The notes: generated from the letters alone by a model not told the origin. A DNA stretch of 64,000 nucleotides from Octopus sinensis (GCF_006345805.1 NC_043017.1:25296001-25360000), one strand, 5' to 3'; counted from the first letter of the stretch, positions 23,440-36,030 are shown. Program-made: numbers and translations.

Positions 23440-23860
23440 GCAGTTTCACTGCAGGTGGGTAGGTAGGTAGGTATGTAGGTAGATAGATTGGCAAGCAGGC
23501 AGATAGGCAAGTAGGTGGGTAGGTAGGTGGGTAGGTAGGTGGGTAGGTAGGTGGATAGGTATGTATGTAGGTAGATAGATAGGCAAGCAGGCTGATAGGC
23601 AAGTAGGTAGGTAGATAGGTATGTATGTAGGTAGATAGATAGGCAAGCAGGCTGATAGGCAAGTAGGTAGGTAGATAGGTATGTATGTAGGTAGATAGAT
23701 AGGCAAGCGGGAAGATAGGCAAGTAGGTAGGTAGATAAGCAGGTTGTTGGGTAAGGTAGATAGCTAGCTAGGCAGAAAGGCACATAGGTAGATAGACATC
23801 TGAAGACAGATGTCTGCCAGTTTTTTTCTTCTGTATCCATCAATTCTTCTAAAGCAATTT
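23440..23860. repeat. (AGGT/AGAT)n tetranucleotide region with a 60-bp triplication; inverted homologue at 18640-18830
   Basis: aggcaagcaggctgataggcaagtaggtaggtagataggtatgtatgtaggtagatagat at 23581 and 23641, with a diverged third copy from 23701. Confidence 0.8.
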
Positions 23861-24029
23861 CAGCTGGAGAAATGATTCCCACTTATGGCAAAGGTGCAGT
23901 CACACCATTATCAGCTCTGTCTTGGCTGTCTAGATGCATTTCTGGCTTATTACACCTTCCTCTTTGATAGAGAATTCTTTCCTCTCCATGGTAAACTGCA
24001 GTAAAAATTGGCTTTAAAAATTAAAATAT

Positions 24030-24244
24030 ACTGTTTACTGTTTTACTTGTTTCAGTCATTTGACTGCGGCCATGTTGGAGCACTGCCTTTAGTCGAGCAA
24101 GTCGACCCCGGGACTTATTCTTTGTAAGCCTAGTACTTATTCTATCGGTCTCTTTTGCCGAACCGCTAAGTTAAGGGGACGTAAACACACCAGCATTGGT
24201 TGTCAAGCGATGTTAGAGGGACAAACACAGACACACAAACACAT

Positions 24245-24285
<41 letters not shown>

Positions 24286-24434
24286 TACGACAGGCTTCTT
24301 TCAGTTTCCGTCTACCAAATCCACTCACACGGCCATAGTAGAAGACACTTGCCCAGTGTTCCACGCAATGGGACTGAACCCAGAACCATGTGTTTGGTAA
24401 GCAAGCTACTTACCATACAGCTACCCCTGCGCCT
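24030..24434 (-). mobile_element. SINE family B
   Basis: Reverse complement of the family consensus. Confidence 0.85.
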
Positions 24435-24849
24435 ATGTCGCAGACGTATTTGAACTAACCTGAACTTTATTTCCCCATCAATGCTTCATGCTGCTATGGT
24501 GTTGCTTATGCTGGTATCCCGTTGCGTCCAGTAACAGCTTAGCAGCTTGTCAAACGGTGATCGATAAAACGACTGTTTGAACGAACCGAGAGCTGTGGTC
24601 GATATTATTGACTGAAGCATAGAAGCCAAGCTCTTCAGCTGGCTGCATTCCAGTCACCGAAACCAGCCGAAGAATGAGCAGCGATATATTTATATGCATG
24701 AACGTGCCATGGCTATAAAATTTAACGGAAAGGTCAAAAGTCTGCGAAAAAACCAACAAACAAAAAACAAAAACAAAAACAACCGAAAAACAAATATAAA
24801 TGCTGCCATTCAGTCACTATGATTTACTAATTCTCTTTCTACTGTTGCA

Positions 24850-24861
24850 ATGATGACCACG

Positions 24862-24898
<37 letters not shown>

Positions 24899-24947
24899 CC
24901 CCCGCTACTGTTGCTGCTAATAATACCATCACCACAACTAGTACTAT

Positions 24948-24979
<32 letters not shown>

Positions 24980-25360
24980 CTATTACAACAACTTGTACCA
25001 CCACCACCACCTCCACTACAACCACCGCTAACTACTTCTGCTACAACCACTGCTGCTACTGCCTCCAAAACCACCGGCGCCACTGCTGCCGTTGCTGCTG
25101 TTACCACTACTTGTACCACCACTACCATTGCTGCTACAGCTACTAGACATACCACCACCACCACAACTACTACCACCACCACTACCACTACTGGTCTATC
25201 ACCACCATCACCACCACTACTACTACTACTACCACCACCACCACCACCACTGCTGCTGCAGCTACTACTAGCCGTACCACCACCACCACCACCACCACCA
25301 CCACCACTACTACTACCACCACCACCACCACCATTACTACCACCACCCATCACCACCACC

Positions 25361-25392
<32 letters not shown>

Positions 25393-25510
25393 CACCACTG
25401 CCGCTACTACTGCTACTAGTCATATCACCATCACCGTCGCTGCTACTACCATTAGTCGTACCACCACCACACCACCACCACCACCATCACCATCACTTAT
25501 TACTATTTTA
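24850..25510. repeat. Long (ACC/ACT/ATT)n trinucleotide mosaic ending ~90 bp upstream of a TAK1 exon
   Basis: Direct reading. Confidence 0.95.
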
Positions 25511-25599
25511 CTACTGGAATAATTTCAGTTATTGGTTTTTTTCGTTCTTTCTTTTTTTTTGGTTCTTATTTTTTCTTTCTGTTCTCTTTTATTTTCCAG

Positions 25600-25738
25600 T
25601 TCTTCACGGAGCTGGCCCGCAACCTGCATACACTGCAGCCCATGCCATCAGCTGGGCCCTGCAGTGTGCCAGAGGCGTGGAATATCTGCACAGTATGAAA
25701 CCGAAAGCTCTCATTCATAGAGATCTCAAACCACCCAA
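25600..25738 (+). CDS. MAP3K7: MAP3K7/TAK1 internal exon (139 bp): [46 protein letters not shown], catalytic loop
   Basis: Polypyrimidine tract + ttccag|TTCTTC...CCCAA|gtaaat. Contains the TAK1-typical YTAAHA..W..QC and [11 protein letters not shown] motifs. Phase 1 in, phase 2 out. Confidence 0.97.
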
Positions 25739-25969
25739 GTAAATAACACTTTATATCTTTATCCGTTTTTTTGTTGTTGTTTTTGCTTGTTTCAGTCGTT
25801 GGATTGCGGCCCTCCTGGGGCCACTGCATTGAAGGGTTTTTTAGTCAAACAAGTCGTGCCTGGTACTTATTTTTTAAGAGTTGCACTTTTACTTTTTCCA
25901 TTGGCCTCTCTTGCTGAACTGCTAAGTTTCAGGGACATCATAGACAAACCACTGTCAAGCACAAAGACA

Positions 25970-26166
25970 AAATGCACACATACACATGCACTTTGTCTGT
26001 CTGTCTGTCTCTCTCACTCACTCACTCACTCACACACACATACACACACATACTCATGCACTCACTCACACACACACTCACACACACATGCTCACACACA
26101 CTTTCTCTCACAAACATGCTCTCACACACGCACTCACATTCTCACATGCACTCTCTCTCACACACA

Positions 26167-26213
<47 letters not shown>

Positions 26214-26335
26214 TTCTCATCCACCCACTCACTCACATTCTCACACATGCACACACTCACACACACGTTCTCTCACGAACACACTCATACACTCACACAC
26301 ACATGCACTCACACTCTCACACTCACTCATACACG
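25970..26335. repeat. (CA)n/(CACT)n microsatellite
   Basis: Direct reading. Confidence 0.95.
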
Positions 26336-27134
26336 ATGGGCTTCCATACAATTTCTGTCTTCCGGTTTCCCTACTGGCACCACATAAAATGCACCCAGTA
26401 CACTGTAAAGTGGTTGGCATTAAGAAGGGCATCCAGCTGTAGAAACCTTGCCATAAAATAGACAGTAGGGACCTGGTGCAGCTCTCTGGCTTTTTAGCTC
26501 CTGTCAAATCGTCCAACCCATACAGCATGGAATACAGACATTAGAAAACGATGACAACGACAACGTTGATGAAATTCCTCGTAAGGTATGGTAAGCCTGG
26601 ATCTGTTGTAGAAGACATTTGCCCCATGCATGGATGTCCTTATGTAAAAGGTTGGAGATAAGACATTGCTTGTACATTGGTGATGCTTCTTTCCATTACA
26701 TGATGACAAGTCAAGGAGACTCCCCCCTGCTCCACCATGTGAGTGTGGTGTGTCTGTGTGTATGTTATCATCTAATGTCTGCTTTCCTTGCTAGCATGTG
26801 TTGGACGATTTGACAGTAGCTGGGCAAGCGGAAAACTGCACCAGACTTCTGTGTCTGTTTTGGCCTTCCTAACACCAACCACCCAGCAGAGTGGATTGGG
26901 TGCTTTTTATGCGGCACCAGCACTGGCAGGGTCACCAAGTCACTTGCAACACAAAAGAAAACAACTTTTGTATCATCATTATCATCATTTAACATCCATT
27001 GTCCATGCTGACATGGGTTGGATGGTTTGACAAGGGCTGGCAAGCTGAGGGGCTGCACCAGACTCCAGCCTGATTTGACATGGTTTCTACAATTGGAGCC
27101 CTTCCTAACACCAACCACTCTGAGAGTGAGAGTA

Positions 27135-27190
27135 GTACTACTACTACTACCACTACCGCCACTGTCACCACTACTACTACTACCACCACC

Positions 27191-27249
<59 letters not shown>

Positions 27250-27268
27250 CACCACTACTACTACCACC

Positions 27269-27303
<35 letters not shown>

Positions 27304-27345
27304 CACTACTACCACCCCTACTACTACTACTACCACCACCACAGG
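27135..27345. repeat. (ACT/ACC)n microsatellite
   Basis: Direct reading. Confidence 0.95.
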
Positions 27346-27648
27346 TGCCAGTTGCATGACTCCAGTATGTGCCACGATTACAATCTCACTTGGCTCGATG
27401 GGTCTTCTACTCAAGCACGGCATATTGCATATTGGTATATTAATGTCATCATCATCATTTACATCCTTAATATGTGCTGGCATGGCTGGCATGGCTCAGA
27501 CAATGTCCAGTGTGACAGGATCCGACAGGTGAGAGGGCTGTGCCTTGCTTTGTTGTTTGCTTTGGCATAAAGTCTACAGCTGGATGCCATTCTTAACACC
27601 AACCACTTTGCAGAGTGTGTTGGGTGGTTTTTTTTGGGTTTTTTGTGT

Positions 27649-28210
27649 GTGAGATCTTCAATGCTGTATGGGAGTGAGACATTGTGTCTGAGGGAAAGCA
27701 AAATGCCAGCTTTGGGAAGGACCGAGAGAGCAAAGTGTGGTGTGAAACTACTGGATAAAAGGGGGGGCTGAGGACTTGATGGGGATGCTGGGGTTGAAGG
27801 AATCGGTGGAGCAGCTGGCCAGGGTGAATGGAGTGGTATGGACGTGTGTTGAGGAGGGATGAGGATCATGTTCTGAGGAGAGCGCTTGAGTTTAAAGTGA
27901 ACGAACTGTGAAAGTGACGGGCTTCTTTCAGTTTCCGTCTGCCAAATCCACTCGCAAGGCTTTGGTCGGCCCAGAGCGCTTGAGTTTAAAGTGAATGAAC
28001 TGTGAAAGTGAGGTTGACCAAAGAAAACATGGAGGGGACAAGTGGAGGAGGTGATTGGGAGTGCTGGCTTGAGGAGGGAGGATGCCCAAAACCAGGCGAG
28101 ATGGTGAGATTGTGTGAGAGCAGTTGCTGTATAAGACTGAGGTAGATCAAGCTATCCCTGTTCACGGGGACAAACCTGAATTTAAAATATTGGACATCAT
28201 CATCATTATC
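27649..28210 (+). mobile_element. RTE-clade LINE 3' fragment
   Basis: VRSSMLYGSETLCLRESKMPALGRTERA..CGVKLLDK..EDLMGMLGLKESVEQLARVNG..GRVLRRDEDHVLRRALEFKV is a post-RT RTE region. Ends in a (cat)n tail. Confidence 0.8.
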
Positions 28211-28324
28211 ATTAGTAAAGATTGTCATGTGCGCGTGCGTGCGTGCATGCGTGTGTGTGTGTGTGTAAGTGTGTGTGTGATGAGCTTCCATTCAGTTTCT
28301 GTCTGACAAATCTATCAACCCATA

Positions 28325-29410
28325 CCTATTTCTTTACTACCCACAAGGGGCTAAACACAGAGGGGACAAACAAGGACAGACAAATGGATTAAGTTGATTA
28401 GATCGACCCCAGTGCGAAACTGGTTCTTAGTTTATCGACCCCGAAAGGATGAAAGGCAAAGTCGACCTCGGCGGTATTTGAACTCAGAAGAAATACCTAT
28501 TTCTTTATTACTCTCAAGGGGCTAAACACAGAGGGGACAAACAAGGACAGACAAATGGATTAAGTTGATTAGATCGACCCCAGTGCGAAACTGGTTCTTA
28601 GTTTATCGACTCCGAAAGGATGAAAGGCAAAGTCGACCTCGGCGGTATTTGAACTCAGAAGAAATACCTATTTCTTTATTACTCTCAAGGGGCTAAACAC
28701 AGAGGGGACAAACAAGGACAGACAAATGGATTAAGTTGATTAGATCGACCCCAGTGCGAAACTGGTTCTTAGTTTATCGACTCCGAAAGGATGAAAGGCA
28801 AAGTCGACCTCGGCGGTATTTGAACTCAGAAGAAATACCTATTTCTTTATTACTCTCAAGGGGCTAAACACAGAGGGGACAAACAAGGACAGACAAATGG
28901 ATTAAGTTGATTAGATCGACCCCAGTGCGAAACTGGTTCTTAGTTTATCGACCCCGAAAGGATGAAAGGCAAAGTCGACCTCGGCGGTATTTGAACTCAG
29001 AAGAAATACCTATTTCTTTATTACTCTCAGGGGCTAAACACAGAGGGGACAAACAAGGACAGACAAATGGATTAAGTTGATTAGATCGACCCCAGTGCGA
29101 AACTGGTTCTTAGTTTATCGACCCCGAAAGGATGAAAGGCAAAGTCGACCTCGGCGGTATTTGAACTCAGAAGAAATACCTATTTCTTTATTACTCTCAA
29201 GGGGCTAAACACAGAGGGGACAAACAAGGACAGACAAATGGATTAAGTTGATTAGATCGACCCCAGTGCGAAACTGGTTCTTAGTTTATCGACTCCGAAA
29301 GGATGAAAGGCAAAGTCGACCTCGGCGGTATTTGAACTCAGAACATAACGGCAGACGAAATACGGCTACGCATTTCGCCCGGCGTGCTAACGTTTCAGCC
29401 AGCTCGCCGC
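28325..29410 (-). repeat. SINE A-derived tandem array: five 170-171-bp units plus a terminal full-head copy
   Basis: cctatttc at 28325, 28496, 28667, 28838, 29009 and 29179. Confidence 0.9.
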
Positions 29411-30202
29411 ATTCCTATCTATCAACCCATACCAGCTTGGAACATTAATGTCAAATGATGATGATGATAGTTATATACTTGAGTTAAATTTGACTATATT
29501 TGCATCATGCAGAAACAAATATGTGTATATACACATACATATACACACACAGGCATGTATACAGATGCCACTACATACACCCACACATGTATGTATACAG
29601 ACACAGCTACACACACATGCAGGTAAATGAATGCACATGCGCGTTTATGCAAATAGACATTGATTTACACACATGTGCACCCGCACTCCTTAATGCATGC
29701 TTGTATGTATACACAACTCACACAGACACCCACTCCTAAACATCCAAGTACACTCACTCCCTCACTCTCTCACATACATACACTCACTCTCACATGCATA
29801 AATTCACGTTGATATACATCCGTACACCCATTAATGCACATATATGCATACAAATGTTATTGAAAATATTGATTTCTCTTGACTAAGCATAGCATTTTTA
29901 TAATTAACCCTTTTCGTGATTATATTTCTAATGAGAAGACAACCTGTATGTTTCTACTAATGTTCAATTTAATGAAGATTTCAGAGGGATTTCATTAAAT
30001 AATGTATAGCTATATTGTGCATATGCAATATATTATGTAATGTCTTTCTATATTATACATTGGTATACTTATATATTATATAGTCTTATGTAATATAGTT
30101 ATAGAATGTATAATTATTATATATTGGTATACATATATATTATGTATTGTTATATAATATAGTTAACTGATGTATAAGTATATTATGCATATGTATTATA
30201 TA

Positions 30203-30605
30203 TCTTTATATATAAAAGTGAAGTTGTGTGAGTGTCTGTCTCCTACGATTTAGATTCTTAACTACTCCCACATTTTGCGGTGCAGTTTAACCAAAACTGG
30301 GTATCTTATAGTCGTGATTCATATCGAGCCCTTCTGGGTATTAGCGCGCGTCTACGATGAGTCTACGATTTTAAAAATAATTTACCATCATTTTTTCCCA
30401 TTTTTAATGCATTTTTTCGCTATTATATAAGGGAAGTAACTCTCTAAAAATGTCTACGATGAGTCAATGATTTAAAAAAAAATTTACCATCATTTTTTTT
30501 CCATTTTGAATGCATTTTTTTGCTATTTTTTGGCTATAACTCTCTAAAAGTGCTTATATAGTTATTTCCCTTATAAACCCGAGCAACGCTGGGCGATACT
30601 GCAAG
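30203..30605 (+). mobile_element. Non-autonomous Helitron-like element
   Basis: A|TC 5' end (tctttatatataaaagtg); subterminal hairpin cccgagc-aac-gctggg (30578-30593); 3' CAAG|T (CTAG-like); no TSD; internal ~102-bp duplication (30350, 30452). Confidence 0.75.
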
Positions 30606-30627
30606 TTGTTATATAATATAGTTATGT

Positions 30628-30765
30628 GAAGGTGCATGGCTCAGTGGTTAGAGTGGGGAGCTTATGATCGTGAGGTTGTGAGTTTGAATCCTGGACCGGG
30701 CTGCGTGTTGTGTTCTTGAGCGAGACACTTTATTTCACGTTGCTCCAGTTCACTAAGCTGAGTGT
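30628..30765 (+). mobile_element. SINE family C variant, head only
   Basis: gtgaaggtgcatggctcagtggttagag...gagtttgaatcc...cttgagcgagacactt. Confidence 0.7.
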
Positions 30766-30978
30766 GGCTAAAAAAGATGAACATTTGGTTTGATTATCTT
30801 TCATAAAATACAAACCGAAGTTACAAATTACAATGTAAATAATGTAAATAAAGTAAAATTACTACCTGCTTTTTTAGCAAGTTGATGCAGGTAGTTTATC
30901 CCGTCCCCCTCCGACTTTTAGTTCATGCTTTTGAAAAAGCTGTACTATTTATGGGATGACTCGATGTTTATGGGTATA

Positions 30979-31189
30979 CTCTTTACTCTTTTACTTGTTT
31001 CAGTCATTTGACTGTGGCCATGCTAGAGCACCACCTTTAGTCGAACAAACCGACCCCGGGACTTATTCTTTGTAAGCCCAGTACTTATTCTATTGGTCTC
31101 TTTTTGCCGAACCACTAAGTGACGGGGATGTAAACACACCAGCATCGGTTGTCAAGCAATGCTAGGGGGACAAACACAGACACACAAAT

Positions 31190-31220
<31 letters not shown>

Positions 31221-31393
31221 CATATATACGACAGGCTTCTTTCAGTTTCCGTCTACCAAATCCACTCACAAGGCTTTGGTCGGCCCGAGGCTACAGCAGA
31301 AGACACTTGCCCAAGATGCCACGCAGTGGGACTGAACCCGGAACCATGTGGTTGGTTAGCAAGCTACTTACCACACAGCCACTCCTGCGCCTA
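30979..31393 (-). mobile_element. SINE family B
   Basis: Full-length reverse copy. Confidence 0.85.
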
Positions 31394-31949
31394 TGTGGAC
31401 ACAACAAGAGATTTACATGTGTTTTGGTCATGTAGATGGACCAGTAGCAAGGATAGAATATGAACCAGTGTCCTTTCAAATGGCAGTGAGACACCAGGAC
31501 GATTCCACTAATTTTCCACTTAAATTTAATTCTTGTAATTTCTATTCAACCCCACCACCACCACCACCTCTAATTCCTCTGCTCTCTTCTGCTGTTCACC
31601 TTCTCTTTTCCCCAGTGCACATTTTAATATTCATTGATGCACATTATTTCAATTTTGAGTGATGAAGGTTTCAATTTTGATCGATGCACGTATGAATTTT
31701 GAATGATGCACATTAGAATGTTCACTGTTGCACATTCGAACATGATGTTTCCACCATTGGACATTTCAAAAATTTATTGATGTGCGTTTCAATTTTCATC
31801 GAGGTGCGTTTTTTTTTTTTTTTCCAATTTTGACCAATGCACATATTTGGGTTTTCTCTCAATGCACATTTCAGTTTTCACAAATGCAAAAATTCTAATT
31901 CATTGCTTCTTCATCGTTATCATCATCATTTAACGTCTGTATGCCGATT

Positions 31950-32225
31950 GCTTAAAGTGGTGAGAAGTTGTAGAAGAATGGGAGCCAGGAAGACATGGGA
32001 CGAAGTATTTAAGGCCAATCTCAAAACGCTGAACCTTATGAAAGATGACAGGGGTCTGAGATATGTGGTACATTGCTGTACTTGAGAAGACCCACATTCC
32101 ACAACAGAATTGAGATCCTAAAACCAAGGTGCCCTGTAAAAAAGCACTTATGCTGGTGCCATGTAAAAAGCATTGGTGTGTGCTGGTGCCATATTAAAAG
32201 CACTTGTACTGGTTCCACATAAAAA
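31950..32225 (+). mobile_element. Degenerate RTE ORF end running into family D-like 3' UTR repeats
   Basis: RSCRRMGARKTWDEVFKANLKTLNL..; homologous to 60341-60440. Confidence 0.6.
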
Positions 32226-32226
32226 A

Positions 32227-32632
32227 GCACTGGTGATGGTACCACGTAAAAAGCAGTGGTGATGGTACCACGTAAAAAGCAGTGGTGATGGTGCCACGTA
32301 AAAAGCAGTGGTGATGGTACCACGTAAAAAGCAGTGGTGATGGTGCCACGTAAAAAGCAGTGGTGATGGTGCACGTAAAAAGCAGTGGTGATGGTGCCAC
32401 GTAAAAAGCAGTGGTGATGGTACCACGTAAAAAGCAGTGGTGATGGTGCTCTGTAAAAAGCAATGGTTATGGTGCCACGTAAAAAGCAGTGGTGATGGTG
32501 CCACGTAAAAAGCAGTGGTGATGGTGCCACGTAAAAAGCAGTGGTGATGGTACCACGTAAAAAGCAGTGGTGATGGTGCCACGTAAAAAGCAGTGGTGAT
32601 GGTACCACGTAAAAAGCAGTGGTGATGGTGCC
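32227..32632. repeat. 26-bp minisatellite (gcagtggtgatggt(g/a)ccacgtaaaaa), ~15 copies
   Basis: Unit starts at 32227, 32253 and onward. No spacers. Derived from the family D motif gtggcacgtaaaaagca. Confidence 0.92.
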
Positions 32633-33299
32633 ATGGGTGTACCCTCATGGCACAAAAAGTTATAGAAAGAGAGAACGGGGACAGAGAATTGAGATGGTTG
32701 GACGGGTGGGTGGGTTTTTGAGAGTGTGACAGGAGGGTGACCAACAATTGGAGATCGGGATAGAAGTGGCTGCAGTGAATGGTGAACATGGATGAATGTG
32801 AGGTCAGTGGTGAATATGTGTTTGGGGTGGGGGTGAAGGAAAATAGGAATGGGTCAAGGAAGAGGAGGAGGAGGAGGTGATAAGGTAGCAATACTTAAAA
32901 AGAGGGAGGTGGAGAGCAACAATATAACTTTTTTACCTTTTATTTGTTTTGATCATTGAACTGTGGCCATGATGGAGCATTGCCTTGAAAGTATTTAGTC
33001 AAACAAAATGACCAGAGTACATCTACTTTTTTTTAAAGATGTATTTTATCAGTTCTCTTTTGCTTAACCACTAAGTCATGTGAATGTAAACCAACCAACT
33101 CTGGTTGTCTCAAGTGGTGGGAAGGAAGATGACATCATCATCATTATCAGCAACATTTTATGTCTACTCTCCATGCTGGTATGGGTTGGACGGTTTGACA
33201 GGAGCTGGCCAGGTAGGGGACTACACCAGGCTTCACTGTCTGTTTCGGCAGGATTTTTATTTTGCTGGATGCCCTTCCTAACACCAACCAAAACATACA

Positions 33300-33812
33300 C
33301 ACATAGGCACACACACACACATATAGGCCACCACACACACTAGCACATACCACACACACAACACAAGCCAACACACACACAAGCACACACACACACACCA
33401 CACAACAACACACACACACACAAAAGCACACACACGCACACACACGCACACCACACACAAGCACACACACCACACACACACACAGCACCACACACACACA
33501 CACAAGAACACACACACGCACACACAGCACACAACCACACACACACACAGCACACACACAACCAACACCACACACACACAGCACACACACACACAAGCCA
33601 CACACACACGCACACACACACACAAGCACACACACACACAAGCACACACACGCACACACACACACGCACACACACACACACACACACAAGCACACACCAC
33701 ACACACACACACGCACACACACACACACACAAGCACACACAAGCACACACACAAGCACACACACGCACACACACACACACACAAGCACACACACACACAC
33801 ACACACACAAGG
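33300..33812. repeat. (CA)n-derived microsatellite with interspersed aag/gca
   Basis: Direct reading; source of the poly-CV ORFs. Confidence 0.95.
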
Positions 33813-34088
33813 CTTCTACACAGTTTCTGTCTACGAAATTCTCTCACAAGGCATTGGTTGACCCAAGACTATAATAAAAGTCACTCGCCTAAGGTGCTGC
33901 AGAGTGGAACCGAACCGGAAACCACATGTCTGCAAAATGAGCTTCTTAACCACACAACCATGGAATAATTACCACAAAGGAATAATTACCGAATTCTTGT
34001 ACTCATTTTTCAATCCTTAATTCTATATTTTACTCTATGCCAGTACAGTGTGGCTCTTACATAATTGACCTCTGACCTTCTTTTGCAG

Positions 34089-34213
34089 TTTGCTGCTGAT
34101 AATGGGTGGAAAAGTATTGAAGATTTGTGACTTTGGTACTGCTTGTGACATTCAGACGCATATGACAAACAATAAAGGGAGTGCTGCATGGATGGCACCT
34201 GAAGTTTTTGAAG
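34089..34213 (+). CDS. MAP3K7: MAP3K7/TAK1 internal exon (125 bp): [45 protein letters not shown] and activation loop
   Basis: ttgcag|TTTGCT...GAAG|gtaaag. [32 protein letters not shown] is the TAK1 activation loop. Phase 2 in, phase 1 out. Confidence 0.98.
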
Positions 34214-34559
34214 GTAAAGAAAACCCCCTTTTTTTTTATCTTTTACTTGTTTCAGTCATTGGACTGTGGCCATGCTGGGGCACCACCTTGAAAGGTTTTT
34301 TGGTTGGATGAATAGGCCCCCCCCAGTAGTTTTAAAAAAAAATTTTTAAGTCTGGTATTTCTATTGGTCTCTTTTCTCCAGACTGTTCAGTTATGGGGAT
34401 GTAAACAAACCAATGCTGATTGTCAAGTGATGATGGAGAGACAAAAACACTCACACACACATAGACACACACACACACACACACTTATATATGGTGGACT
34501 TCTACTCAGTTTCCACCTATGTACGTCCATCCATTCATCCATACGTATAAATAGATAAC

Positions 34560-34913
34560 AGTCACAATTACTGTTCCTAACACTAGCTTAACGATAACCA
34601 AGTTATTTTACAAAATTCGAAGCACCATCCGACCGTGGCCGTTTGCCAGCCTCACCTGGCCTCCGTGCCGGTGGCACGTAAAAAGCACCCACTACACTCA
34701 CTCACAGAGTGGTTGGCGTTAGGAAGGGCATCCAGCCGTAGAAACATTGCCAGATCAGACTAGGCCTGGTGCAGCCTTCTGGCTTCCCAGACCCCAGTTG
34801 AACCGTCCAACCCATGCCAGCATGGAAAGCGGACGCTAAATGATGATGATGATTTAAAGTAATTGAGAGAAACACAGAACATCTCAAAATAAATACAGTA
34901 ACGAAAGGGTTAA
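34560..34913. mobile_element. Right part of a piggyBac-like MITE interrupted by a family D insertion (34619-34853)
   Basis: Ends ...aaataaatacagtaacgaaaggg|ttaa, the same TIR as 38709-39396. Confidence 0.7.
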
Positions 34914-35999
34914 ATAACTTTAATCACATTATATGCAAATTTACCAAAATTTTCATAAAATAATGACGCCACTGTTGTGTAGCTGTTTAAAAGCCGAATG
35001 CTGAATCTTCTTTCTATTGTTCCTTGTCATCGGTGATCCTTGCTACTCGGTTATTATTGGTCAGCGTTGTCAGTGATATAAGTAGTAGTTCTATCATTTA
35101 GCAACGCTACCATAATTTTCACAAATAAAACACAGTGGTTTCCATTTGCTCGTATTTCCATTTACATCTATGTAAAACTAATTATCTGTCCATTTTTCAT
35201 CAGTGGAACTATTTCTAAATCCAAACCTGACATAAGTAATATTGATGACGATATTCTGGTCTGTGGTTGGTCAGAAGAAAAGAAGACTTCACAAGACATT
35301 AAATCTGTGTTTAATGATATTGCATGATGATGACGACATCACGTTCAGTCACAAGACGCGTATATTTTTGGTGTGCTTGTAGTTTCAGATTCAGATCTAC
35401 TGCTTGGAACCTTGGGCAAGTGTTTTCTACTGTTGTTGTTGTTAAGCAACAAGACGGGTAAGGGTGATTAGGTGATGGTCTAGGGCTTAGGGGGCGGGAG
35501 ACCCCAGACCTTGGCAAAAAAAAAAAAAAGCTTGGTTGTCTCGTTGTAGTCGAGGGCTCTTCGTTGACGCCCGACACCACTGGGAGGTGGCCCTCGAAGT
35601 CGCTGGAAATGGAGATCTCCAGGTTCAAATTCTTGAATGGCAGTGTCTTTTGCTGTAGCCATGGGCTGTGATCAAAGCCTTGTGAATGGATTTGGTAGAT
35701 GGAAACTGAAAGAGGCCCACTGGCACATGACTTAGCAGTCAGGGTGTTGCACTCCTGGTCAAGTGATCATGATTTCATTTCCTAGACTGAGTGGGGCATT
35801 GTGTTTTTGATCAAAACACTTCGTCTCATGTTGCTATGTGTTACCTTTGCACCCGTTCAGACAATGTCGATTTGATGGAGGACAGTAAGCTAATATGCAG
35901 CATGAACATTTGATCTCTATAAACAAATCATTTGTGCAGGTCGTTAGGCAAAAGGCTTTATGCTTATATGTTGTCTTCGAGATGAGAGTCCATCATATA

Positions 36000-36030
<31 letters not shown>

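Noticed and set aside
32227-32632. CRISPR-like appearance of the 26-bp repeat
   Set aside because: The units are directly adjacent with no unique spacers, the context is eukaryotic with no cas genes, and the motif derives from a LINE 3' UTR.
34090-34311. ORF-track protein starting MLLIMGGK and continuing GKENPLFF..
   Set aside because: Only 34089-34213 is exon. The start is a TTG inside the exon and the tail is intron read-through into a SINE.
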